Shown: positions 1 to 8,672 of the stretch, piece by piece
Numbering within the stretch: position 1 is the first letter of the stretch
Layout: each line of letters opens with the position of its first letter
NCBI RefSeq assembly: GCF_000014265.1
Contig: NC_008312.1
Coordinates: forward strand, 4,440,001-4,472,000
Direction of reading: 5' to 3'
From: Trichodesmium erythraeum IMS101
Lineage (GTDB): Bacteria; Cyanobacteriota; Cyanobacteriia; Cyanobacteriales; Microcoleaceae
DNA length: 32,000 nucleotides
Notes under the pieces: generated by a model
Told to the model about the DNA's origin: nothing
The model's input: the letters and a program-made list of their open reading frames with translations, nothing else
The model's database searches: none
Translations under genes and position numbers: made by a program

Positions 1-3000
1 AAAAGCTTTCCCCATTATCTGATAAGCTTCTGAGTTTTTTTCAACTTTAATTACTGAATAGCAGATAGCGATCGCCTCAGAAAACAATCCTTCTAAATAA
101 TAAGTCTTAGCTTGTTTTAATAGTTCTTTAACTTCTGCTTTTTGAGAATAATTAATCTGATTTGTCACTATCTGATTCAACTGCAGTAATTCACCACTTT
201 TCCGTTCAATTTCTGCTGCACTTAGTTGATGACCATTCTGATATTTATCTTCTAATTTTGCTGAGATATTAAAATTCACATCACCCTTTAAACTCTTCTG
301 ATTTTGATTTTTATTTTCCCAAACTTTATCTTTAATTTCTGCTGAATTTAGTTGCTCACCATTCTCGTATTCAGCTTCTAACTTAGCTGAGATATCAGAA
401 TTCATATCAACCTTTAAACTCTTCTGATTTTGATTTTTATTTTCCCCAACTTTATCTTTAATTTTTGCTGAATTTAGTTGATAACCATTCTCGTATTCAG
501 CTTCTAACTTGGCTGAGATATCAGAATTCATATCAACCTTTAAAGTATTCTGATTTTGATTTTTATCTGCCCAAATTTCCTTAGCTTTATGGTAATAAAT
601 AACTGCTTCATCCCATCTTCCGAGACATTTTAATCCCAAACTAAGATTATAGTAAACTGTACCCAAATTAGGATTTAACTCTATAGAATTTTGATAACAA
701 GATACTGCCTGAGCAATTTTTCCTTTCTCATACAATTTATTTCCTAAATTAAAATGGTCATTAGCAGTTACTTTTTTAGGTTCTAAAGAGTAAGCTTGGT
801 ACCAAAAATCTAGAACTCCTAATGTTTCACCTAACTCAGTCAAAACCATCGCTAATTTGTAATAATTCTCAGCCACCTTTAGTTTTATTTCTAACGCTTT
901 TTCATAACAATAAATCACCAAATTCAAAATTTTATACTCAACATATAAATTGCCTAATACTATATAAATTAAACCATAACTTTGCTGAATTTCCAGAGCT
1001 GTTTTGTAACTGCTCTCAGCTTGTTTTATTTCCCCAATTTTTTTCTGAGAATCTCCGATAATTATGTAAGCTGCTGCTACATCTATTTTAAGAGAAATCG
1101 CTTGCTGACATTGAGAAATTGCTTTTTCATAAAATCCCTCCTCATAATATTTTTGAGCTTCCTGAATATAAACATTAGGAATATTTCTCACACCATTAGA
1201 TGTCATATCTTTTAAAAGAAACGTTGAATTTATTTGTTTTACCTCATTGACTTTGGAAATTTCTTTCAGTTTTAAAGTGGAGTGAATAATCTGATTATTA
1301 TTAGCTTTTTTTGGACTATTCATAACGGTTTTTTCTCCCTCTATATTCCCATAAACATTAGTGACATCTGCTTCGATGATTAGAGGTTTATTGGGAGCTA
1401 AAGTTTTCGTAATTTCCTTATAGTTTGTAACCCTTTTATCCTGACTATTTTCTAACACAGATAAAGATGATTCTAGATAATTAACAGAGTCCGATAAATC
1501 ACTTTTTAAATCAAAAGTTGATATCACTCTACTAACTCCTTTACTAACAACTCTTTGAAAATTTTCAGGTTTCTGAATAATATGAATTGTATCATCAGCC
1601 CGAACCTGCTGAATTATTCCCTGACTATTTTGGTGATTTTCTCCTATTAGTAAATTGAGAGAATTTTCGAGATTTTGCCAATAATTAGGAAACACTTTTG
1701 TAGTAGGTTTCTTTGTTCCTTGCAGTTTTAATGCTTCCCCTAAACTTTCATAAGCTCCTAATAAATTAGGATTTAATTCTATCGCCCGACAATAGCACGA
1801 TATTGCTTGAGAAATTACCTTTTGTTGCAGCAGACTATTTCCTAATATTAAATGTTCTTCTGCTGTAGCTTTTCCAGGCTCTAAACTGTAGGCTTGATAC
1901 AAACAGTTATCACCTTTTGTCTTCTTACCAACTTTTCTCCAAGCTATAGCTAGTTGACGGTAAGCATCAGCATAATTTGGCTGGATAACCAAAGATTTTT
2001 GATAACATTTAATTGCTTCTATCCATTGTTCCTGTTGAGCATATAAACTACCGATATTCAGATAAATTTCTGGGTCATTTTTTTCTAAAGAAAGAAATTT
2101 TTTATAGGACTGCCAAGCTGCTTCTACTTCCCCTTGAGATTGCAATCTTTTGCCTAACTTTTTGTAGTATAAAGTTAATTTTATGGCTTGATTTTCTGGA
2201 GTTATTTTTTGATTAACAGGTTCTAAATATTCAGCCTTTATCGAAAATTTTTCCGCCTCAGTATAGCTGCCAATTTTTTGATAAATTCTGGCTAAGTTTC
2301 GGTAAACTCCGGCAAATTTTGGTTGAATTTTTAGAGCTTTTTGATAATAACTTATTGCTTCTTGCCACTGTTCTTTTTTTACAGATAATGTGCCTAAGTT
2401 AGCATAAGCTTCTGCAAAATTTGGCTGATATTCTATAGCTTTTGTATACCAATACCAGGCGGTTTCTATTTGACCTTGAGCATAAAAAACATTCCCTAAA
2501 GTTTTACAAGCTGGGCTATAATCTGGTTGAGATTTTAAGGCTTGAGTACAGGTAGTTTTGGCTAATTCTAATTCTTTTTGCTTTAAGTATAATTCTGCTT
2601 GTTTATTTAACTGACCAGCTATTTCTTGGGAGTTAACTTTTAATGATATTTTTTGACCTACCTGTTTCATCGGTAGCTTCTTCTTTTCCTGAGATATTTT
2701 TTTCCTAATACCTACTTGTTGTTCTTTCTGAATAGACGCTTTTATCTCACTACTGAAAACTGTTTCTAGTATTTTTTTCTTCTCAATAATGCCAAGAACT
2801 TTTAGAGCTTTTTCTAAAGAATTAAGATTCAGGATAATATCTTCTGTCAGAGGATTTTGATACATTAATTTCCGGATGGGAGCACAACCAAAATCTTCTC
2901 CTTTTAAATAGTAATGTTCCAGTCCTATTTTTTGGCTAATCCCACAATAATAATGTCTAATATAGTTAGGTGATACTAATTCTATAACTTTAGTTCCTCT

Positions 3001-5142
3001 AGGAGAAAATATAATATTTGTCAGTCCACTACCATGAGCTCCAATAATCACTTTGGCATGAGAAAATATGGCTATCTGCTCTTTCAAATTCATTGAGTCT
3101 GGCTGAATACAAACAAAACCTATTTCACTTAATTTTAAGAGTACTTCTTCTTCATTGAAAACTCGTCTATATCGTGAATTATTTCTACTTATATATATCC
3201 TTTCTGGATAGAATGAGCTGGTTTTATTTTCTGTAAATATCTCCTGTTTTATTCTTGATAAAAATACCTGACGGTGAAATTCTAAACTCCAGGATGTTAG
3301 CCTACCTAAATCTCCAGGAAATGAGGGAACAATTAATTTTTTAGCTTGGATATAAGGGTGCTGTTCGCTGGAGATAATTTTATTTTGGGGAATACCTAAT
3401 ACATTCAAACTTTCCCTTTGAAATGGCATCTGATAATTACTAACTAAAAAAAAATCTATTTCTTTTAAGTCTATGCCATGAAGCTTTAGAATTTCTAACC
3501 TCGGCAATATATCTACCATCCAATGAAAATATACATGGTCATATAATCCTGATAATACTGCTACTTTACCATCTATTTTTTCTAATTCTGGTAGTTCTTC
3601 TAAGTCAAAAATTTCTTGTTTATTTTCATCAGAATTTTGACATCCTAGCTGACCTGCTTCGTTCCAGGAAAGCTCTTTTACAAGTTGATTATCTTGATTG
3701 ATAATTGCTATTGCATTATTAATCATCCCATATTTTTTCTGGGGTACAACCCATGCCCTACCTGATAGTAGTTGAGCTACAAATGTTTCTGTTTCTGCTC
3801 TTTTTAATGAGTTATTTTGGCTGAGAATATTTGTCGTTGTTTGATTTTCTGAACAGCTATAAATTCTACTGCCTAAGTGGAGCATATTAAATTCTTGAAA
3901 ATTTTGTTCCCACCATGGTCTACTGTTTAATCTTTCACAGGATGATGATAAAAATTTCGGCTTTTTCTGAGCTTTTTTTGATTTTGATAAACTCTGCAAA
4001 TTCTCTAATATTTCGGGATGCTCTGGATAAGTTTCTAATCCTAGATTAGTAATAATAATTGCTGAATTTATCAGATTTTGCTTGACTAAACTCTTACCTA
4101 GCTTGACATATTCTTCTGCTGTTACTGTTTCCAGTTCTAAAGCTTTTTTATAATAAATTTTTGCTTGTTCATCCTGGTCAGATTCTCCTGATACATTCCC
4201 TAAATGTAGATAGATTTCTATCAGGTATTGAGAAATTTCTTTCAGAGATAATGAATTGGGAAAATTAGAGTTTTTTAGAGCTTTTAAAAAGTTGGCGCCG
4301 GCTACTTTCCCTTTGTCTAATTCATCTGTACTTTCTGCTAATAAATTACTCCATTTACAGTAACCTTCCACAAAAGAATTGTTCTGAATAGCTTTTTGTA
4401 AATTAGTCATGGCTTCTGAGAGTTTTCCTTGTTCCATTAGGGAATAAAAACTCTCACTATAAGCTGTTAGATTTTCTGGTTCTAGTTCTATGATTTGCTG
4501 AAAATATTTAACTGCTTTTTCATGTAATCCCTGACTTTGATATACTTGACCAAGATGATAAAGAGATATGGTAAATTGAGGTTCTAACTTTAGGGATTTT
4601 TTCAAGTAAGTTATTGCCTGGTCTAATTGACTTTTTTGTAATAGGGCTTGACCAATATTATTGTAGATAGTAAAGTCGTCTGGTTTCAGCAATAAAGCTT
4701 CTTTAAATACAGCAATTGCTGCATCTGATTGACCTTGATGCAATAAAATACAACCCCAATTACTGTAACAATTAACTATAGTTTCATGAGAGTTACTTTT
4801 CTCACTTTTTGATAAGTTTATTGCTTGCTGATAACTATCAATTGCTGAAATTAATAAACCTTGATTTTGCAAGACAATGCCCAGATTATAATAAGCGTTA
4901 ATATCGTCTGGTTTTAGGGCAATTGCTTTTTTATAGCTCTGATATGCTCCTAATAAATCTCCCTGTTGATAGTGTATAATCCCTAAGTTATAGTTAACTT
5001 GTTGTAAATTTGGATTCTGATTTAGTGCCTGTTGATAATAAAATGCTGCTTCTTCTAATTGGCCTTTTTCCTGGCACAATGAACCTTTAATTGCGATGTT
5101 TTTAGCTTCATCTATCAGTTGAATAACAGGAGTATTTTGCAT
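1..5142 (-). CDS. Giant TPR / GT61 (DUF563) glycosyltransferase / TPR multidomain protein, C-terminus beyond the window edge (at least 1714 aa)
   Basis: ATG at 5142 (cat on + strand) has GGAG about 11-14 nt upstream and an in-frame TAA two codons upstream. Hand translation gives MQNTPVIQLIDEAKNIAIKGSLCQEKGQLEEAAFYYQQALNQNPN..., a TPR sequence. The same frame is still open and TPR-like at positions 1-60 (..EAYQIMGKAF) and across 2641-2820. The track lists no minus-strand ORF here, as expected if no stop occurs before position 1. The middle part carries a GT61/DUF563 signature (AKVIIGAHGSGLTNIIFSPRGTKVIEL). Confidence 0.8.
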   Translation of the reverse strand, partial: MQNTPVIQLIDEAKNIAIKGSLCQEKGQLEEAAFYYQQALNQNPNLQQVNYNLGIIHYQQGDLLGAYQSYKKAIALKPDDINAYYNLGIVLQNQGLLISAIDSYQQAINLSKSEKSNSHETIVNCYSNWGCILLHQGQSDAAIAVFKEALLLKPDDFTIYNNIGQALLQKSQLDQAITYLKKSLKLEPQFTISLYHLGQVYQSQGLHEKAVKYFQQIIELEPENLTAYSESFYSLMEQGKLSEAMTNLQKAIQNNSFVEGYCKWSNLLAESTDELDKGKVAGANFLKALKNSNFPNSLSLKEISQYLIEIYLHLGNVSGESDQDEQAKIYYKKALELETVTAEEYVKLGKSLVKQNLINSAIIITNLGLETYPEHPEILENLQSLSKSKKAQKKPKFLSSSCERLNSRPWWEQNFQEFNMLHLGSRIYSCSENQTTTNILSQNNSLKRAETETFVAQLLSGRAWVVPQKKYGMINNAIAIINQDNQLVKELSWNEAGQLGCQNSDENKQEIFDLEELPELEKIDGKVAVLSGLYDHVYFHWMVDILPRLEILKLHGIDLKEIDFFLVSNYQMPFQRESLNVLGIPQNKIISSEQHPYIQAKKLIVPSFPGDLGRLTSWSLEFHRQVFLSRIKQEIFTENKTSSFYPERIYISRNNSRYRRVFNEEEVLLKLSEIGFVCIQPDSMNLKEQIAIFSHAKVIIGAHGSGLTNIIFSPRGTKVIELVSPNYIRHYYCGISQKIGLEHYYLKGEDFGCAPIRKLMYQNPLTEDIILNLNSLEKALKVLGIIEKKKILETVFSSEIKASIQKEQQVGIRKKISQEKKKLPMKQVGQKISLKVNSQEIAGQLNKQAELYLKQKELELAKTTCTQALKSQPDYSPACKTLGNVFYAQGQIETAWYWYTKAIEYQPNFAEAYANLGTLSVKKEQWQEAISYYQKALKIQPKFAGVYRNLARIYQKIGSYTEAEKFSIKAEYLEPVNQKITPENQAIKLTLYYKKLGKRLQSQGEVEAAWQSYKKFLSLEKNDPEIYLNIGSLYAQQEQWIEAIKCYQKSLVIQPNYADAYRQLAIAWRKVGKKTKGDNCLYQAYSLEPGKATAEEHLILGNSLLQQKVISQAISCYCRAIELNPNLLGAYESLGEALKLQGTKKPTTKVFPNYWQNLENSLNLLIGENHQNSQGIIQQVRADDTIHIIQKPENFQRVVSKGVSRVISTFDLKSDLSDSVNYLESSLSVLENSQDKRVTNYKEITKTLAPNKPLIIEADVTNVYGNIEGEKTVMNSPKKANNNQIIHSTLKLKEISKVNEVKQINSTFLLKDMTSNGVRNIPNVYIQEAQKYYEEGFYEKAISQCQQAISLKIDVAAAYIIIGDSQKKIGEIKQAESSYKTALEIQQSYGLIYIVLGNLYVEYKILNLVIYCYEKALEIKLKVAENYYKLAMVLTELGETLGVLDFWYQAYSLEPKKVTANDHFNLGNKLYEKGKIAQAVSCYQNSIELNPNLGTVYYNLSLGLKCLGRWDEAVIYYHKAKEIWADKNQNQNTLKVDMNSDISAKLEAEYENGYQLNSAKIKDKVGENKNQNQKSLKVDMNSDISAKLEAEYENGEQLNSAEIKDKVWENKNQNQKSLKGDVNFNISAKLEDKYQNGHQLSAAEIERKSGELLQLNQIVTNQINYSQKAEVKELLKQAKTYYLEGLFSEAIAICYSVIKVEKNSEAYQIMGKAF
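215..592 (-). repeat. In-frame tandem repeat, 3 x 126 bp (42 aa), inside the giant TPR CDS
   Basis: Units begin at 215, 341 and 467 (gctgaatttagttg...). Copies 2 and 3 are almost identical over about the first 100 nt. Copy 1 is more diverged, and copy 3 diverges at its distal end. Encoded unit is roughly KDKVGENKNQNQKSLKVDMNSDISAKLEAEYENGxQLNSAEI. Confidence 0.85.
2780..3900 (-). other. GT61/DUF563-type glycosyltransferase domain inside the giant TPR protein (approximate bounds)
   Basis: Translated motifs: YFHWMVDILPRL, IQAKKLIVPS, RIYISRNNSRYRRVFNEEEV, GAHGSGLTNIIF, GTKVIEL. The domain is collinear with the split ORFs at 18278..19264. Confidence 0.65.
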
Positions 5143-5747
5143 GTATTATTTTTCTCCATTATTTTCTAAATATGTTTAGTCATAACTGAACCATAACTAC
5201 TGTCTTTAGTTGGTGTTTAATAGCCATGGATGAATGGTCTACAACATATTCGTGTAGTATTCTGTAGGAAAACACATCTACAGATAGTGTATGAATTGAT
5301 ATTTTACGACTGACCACAATGTATAATCAACATTTTACGGGTTCCAGTCCAACTGACAGTTTTGCAAGTTATAGCTTCTGAAACATCCAAGATAATTTTG
5401 TTGTATTCACCAGCTTTGTGTTTCAATAAAAGTTTAAGTCTGTAATATGCCCAATTCAAAATCTGTTTAACTGACTTACTAAGGCACAGAAATTACTTTA
5501 CCTAACCAAAGGTTTTCGTGGGTTGAGGGTTCGCAGGCTGCTGCTAGCTTGACATTGGTCTTAAGCTTGCCTGGTGCGTCCATTTTTTGTCTGGTGACTA
5601 CCCGCAGGTGACTAATTTATAAAAAAAACATATATTATGTATATTATATTTATTTTAAAAAAATCAAATATCCACCCTAGAAGGATGAGACTTTCAACCC
5701 ATTAATTTACTTGAATTTTAATTTAGTTTCCGGAAATATCTATTAAG

Positions 5748-5882
5748 TCAATACTCCACTGTTCGTTTCCTTCCTCTGGATGTTTCCGGTTTGGCCACAG
5801 GTAGTATGGGAGCCATTATTTTCAAAAGCTCCTGATTAATCAGTTCTATGGAAAAGGTTTTGAGTAGAAGAGTGAGATTCAT
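5748..5882 (-). pseudogene. Possible relic of an IS5/DUF4096-type transposase N-terminus (44 codons)
   Basis: Minus-strand translation is MNLTLLLKTFSIELINQELLKIMAPILPVAKPETSRGRKRTVEY*. The pattern L..I.P.LP..K....GR.R resembles the N-terminus of IS5-group transposases. No DDE domain follows. Confidence 0.3.
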
Positions 5883-5921
5883 ATACTTAATATTTTATAT
5901 TTTCTCTATTTTCTCCCTTTA

Positions 5922-5946
5922 TAGCAATCGAAGCAAAGGTTAGGAC
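5922..5946. repeat. IS630 terminal inverted repeat, left in + coordinates
   Basis: Pairs with 6843-6867 (23 of 25 positions). Confidence 0.8.
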
Positions 5947-5964
5947 GTTAACTTAACAGCATAA

Positions 5965-6498
5965 TCAACTCTCAATGCGAAAATTTTCTATTGTTCCTTC
6001 TGACTTTCTGACTCGATTTTTAATTGGAAACCAATAATGTTCTATTTCATTTAAGTCAGGAGAATATGGTGGTAAATATTCAAGCTCACAATTCACTGAT
6101 TCTATTAATTCTCTAACTTTTTGGGATTTATGAAAACTTGCATTGTCTAATATTACTAATTGTCCTGTTTTTAATTGTGGCAACAATTTTTCTCTCAACC
6201 ATTTTTCAAAAACTACACGGTTACAAGAGCCTTCAAATGTTAATGGAGCAACTAATTTTCCTTCACACAAACCACTTACAATACTTACCCTTAGACTTCT
6301 TTTTCCTGACTTTAAATCGTAATATCTTTTTCCCAATTCATTCCATCCATAACCATAATCTTCTCTATTATCCATACCTGATTCATCTATATACACTAGC
6401 TGTTCCGGCCTTTTATCGCGAATTTTGGCCAGAAATTTCTTTCTTTTGTCTTCATCTCTTTCTCTGTAACCGTAAGTTTTTTTTTCTTGTATAACCAA
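5965..6498 (-). CDS. IS630 transposase, DDE catalytic part (orfB). It is out of frame with orfA, and the real N-terminus is probably supplied by orfA
   Basis: Motifs YIDESGMDN, LVILDNASFHKS and YLPPYSPDLNEIEHYW. There are 34 residues between the second Asp and the Glu (DD34E, Tc1/IS630 type). Confidence 0.8.
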   Translation of the reverse strand: MVIQEKKTYGYRERDEDKRKKFLAKIRDKRPEQLVYIDESGMDNREDYGYGWNELGKRYYDLKSGKRSLRVSIVSGLCEGKLVAPLTFEGSCNRVVFEKWLREKLLPQLKTGQLVILDNASFHKSQKVRELIESVNCELEYLPPYSPDLNEIEHYWFPIKNRVRKSEGTIENFRIES

Positions 6499-6811
6499 TT
6501 TTTTTTAAGGCTTTACTTATAGTGCGATCGCTTACCTTATCTGGCCATTCATCAGCCATTTCTTTTTGAGTTTTACTGCCATTAATCTGGGCAAATTTTC
6601 TGAATTGTTCTAAGTCTGGTATTTTGGGATTATATCCTTTTTGATAACCTGTTTTTGCTTTTATATCCCCAGTTTCTCTTCTTCTATGTAACCAAGTATT
6701 GATGGTATTACGACTAATCTTAAATATAGAACTTACTTGAGTTTTACTCATCCCACCATCAATGGCCTTAATAACTTTTTGTCTTAAGTCATAGCTATAA
6801 GGAGAAGGCAT
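6452..6811 (-). CDS. IS630 transposase, N-terminal HTH part (orfA)
   Basis: 119-aa ORF MPSPYSYDLRQKVIKAIDGGMSKTQVSSIFKISRNTINTWL... with two HTH-like segments. It ends just after an A9 run. Confidence 0.8.
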   Translation of the reverse strand: MPSPYSYDLRQKVIKAIDGGMSKTQVSSIFKISRNTINTWLHRRRETGDIKAKTGYQKGYNPKIPDLEQFRKFAQINGSKTQKEMADEWPDKVSDRTISKALKKIGYTRKKNLRLQRKR

Positions 6812-6842
6812 AATCTTTCCTAGATAATTTTTCGAGCATTAT

Positions 6843-6867
6843 GTCCTAATCTTTGCTTCGACTGCTA
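6843..6867. repeat. IS630 terminal inverted repeat, right in + coordinates
   Basis: Reverse complement of 5922-5946 with two mismatches. Confidence 0.8.
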
Positions 6868-7184
6868 TATTATTTAATTTTAATTTTTTTTTACTTTTAT
6901 TTACAATTTTAGATTTTGAACATAGTATTGCTTTTCACTATTTCTATCCACTTCCTTGTCAACTACATTAATACTCACATTCTACACTTCAATTGTATGA
7001 CAACAGTTTACAGGCAACCTCTCCATTTAATTTACTTAGAATTATTTATGGTGTTTAGTAACTACAAGTAAGATCATAAAGCTGATGATAAAATGGCCTT
7101 TTCGCGATAGCATTATTATTTAGTTTTCAAAAAATGTTTTTATAGGTATTATAAATACAAATATATTTATTAAGAATAATATTT

Positions 7185-8186
7185 ATGTCAACCACTACTA
7201 CCACTCCACGGGTAAGTGTAATTATACCCGTATACAATTGCGATCGCTATATTAATCAAGCTATAGAAAGCATTTTCGCCCAAACCTATCAATCTTATGA
7301 AATTATTGTAATTGATGATGGCTCCACAGACAATACCCGCAAGACCATGGAACCTTATATGGAGATGATCCATTATGTATATCAACAAAATCAAGGGGTT
7401 TCAGCTGCCCGGAATCATGGCATTAATTTGGCGCGGGGAGAATTAATCGCTTTTTTGGATGCAGATGATTTTTTCCTACCAGATAAACTGACTGCTCAAG
7501 TAAAAGTATTTGACGCTAAACCAAATTTAGGAATTGTTCACAGTGGGTGGCGCAGAGTGAATCAGCAGGGTGAAACTATTAAGGATGAGACGCCTTGGGA
7601 TTATGTGCCTAAGTTAAATTTAGAAGGTTGGTTGCGCTGGAAACCAATTGGCACAATGGGTACTTTGATGTTTCGACGCAGTTGGTTGCAAGAGGTGGGG
7701 AGTTTTGAGGTAGGATTAGGTCAGGCTGAGGATGTAGACTTAGTATTGCGTTTATCTGTAAAGGGTTGTGAGGCTGAGTGGTTGCGACAGTCTACTATTT
7801 GTTATCGTCAGCATGACCAGAATACAATGCGGGATGGAGTGTCTCAGGTGCAATCTATTAATCGGGTTTTGGATAAATTTTTTGCCTCGGAGTCTCTACC
7901 CTTAGAGATTAGGTTATTGGAAAAACAGTTGCGCTACAATACTTTAGTCTGGTGTTCATGGTATTTGTACTATACAGGTTTTTCTGCTGAGATGGTGGAA
8001 TATTTACAAAAGTCTTGGCAGTATACTCCTTTTTTACCTGTGGGAACGGTAATTAATTGGATTGAAAGTTTTACAGAATTTTCTGAGAATATGGGGGATG
8101 ATTTGGATGCTGATAAATTAGGGAAAACTGATGAATGGCAACAGTTAATGGGTTGGGTGATTAGTAATAGTGGGGCTAACTACTGA
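7185..8186 (+). CDS. Family 2 glycosyltransferase (GT-A fold)
   Basis: VSVIIPVYNCDRYINQAIESIFAQTYQSYEIIVIDDGSTDNT ... AARNHGINLARGELIAFLDADD is a classic GT2 N-terminal domain with a DxD motif. Confidence 0.85.
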   Translation: MSTTTTTPRVSVIIPVYNCDRYINQAIESIFAQTYQSYEIIVIDDGSTDNTRKTMEPYMEMIHYVYQQNQGVSAARNHGINLARGELIAFLDADDFFLPDKLTAQVKVFDAKPNLGIVHSGWRRVNQQGETIKDETPWDYVPKLNLEGWLRWKPIGTMGTLMFRRSWLQEVGSFEVGLGQAEDVDLVLRLSVKGCEAEWLRQSTICYRQHDQNTMRDGVSQVQSINRVLDKFFASESLPLEIRLLEKQLRYNTLVWCSWYLYYTGFSAEMVEYLQKSWQYTPFLPVGTVINWIESFTEFSENMGDDLDADKLGKTDEWQQLMGWVISNSGANY

Positions 8187-8672
8187 AGTCAAATAATTGG
8201 ATCAAAGTTGACATCATTGTACATTATTTGTCATTATATCAAATGTAGGTCCAATTTATTCATAAGAAGCAAATGACTAATTGAAATGAAATTCATTACA
8301 TAAACACCCGATGCCATTGAACCTAAGAAGTTATAATTGTTTTTGTTGGAATGGGTAGTTTTGAGGTGATCGCCTAGAGTAAAATAGGTGAATACAACCC
8401 AGGAAAACTATCTGTATCAGTACCTTGAGTTTCAAGGATTTTTAAGCATGCAAAGAATTATCAGTTAAAGACTGCGCTAACTTCCTGTGAAACACCGAAG
8501 TTAACTCCAAAGCTCATGGAATTCCGGTATGGGTAAGTTTGGGGAATTTTTGTCAAACAGTTTCGTGAGAGGTCTATTATAGCATATACCAAGAGGGTTA
8601 GGATATTCTCATATCTCTCAAATCTAGTCGCACCAAAATTTAACTTCTGCCTTCTGTATTCTATTATAGCAG

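Larger units (their letters stand above)
5920..6869 (-). mobile_element. IS630-family insertion sequence (about 950 bp) with terminal inverted repeats and TA flanks
   Basis: tatagcaatcgaagcaaaggttaggac at 5920-5946 is the reverse complement, with 2 mismatches, of gtcctaatctttgcttcgactgctata at 6843-6869. TA dinucleotides sit at both outer ends. Between them lie an HTH ORF and a DD34E ORF. Confidence 0.85.

Noticed and set aside
822-2216. Plus-strand ORFs 822..1061, 982..1215 and 2013..2216 from the track
   Set aside because: They are antisense to the long open TPR reading frame on the minus strand. Their sequences are low-complexity Leu/Phe/Ile-rich, as expected for the reverse complement of AT-rich coding DNA.
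5521-5545. tRNA-like T-arm (gggttcgcagg) in the GC-rich island
   Set aside because: The flanking bases do not form the 5-bp T stem, and no acceptor or anticodon arms can be drawn.
6138-6494. Plus-strand 118-aa ORF inside the IS630 element
   Set aside because: It is antisense to the DDE transposase ORF, which has clear catalytic motifs.
7188-7394. Minus-strand 68-aa ORF
   Set aside because: It lies entirely within, and antisense to, the well-supported GT2 gene.
8187-8672. Convergent 486-bp spacer between GT2 and the kinase-cyclase gene, with short open frames (e.g. LTKLFDKNSPNLPIPEFHELWS on the minus strand)
   Set aside because: I could not recognise any family. The frames are short and interrupted, and there are no clear repeats or terminator structures. 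It may be eroded coding sequence, but that is unsupported.
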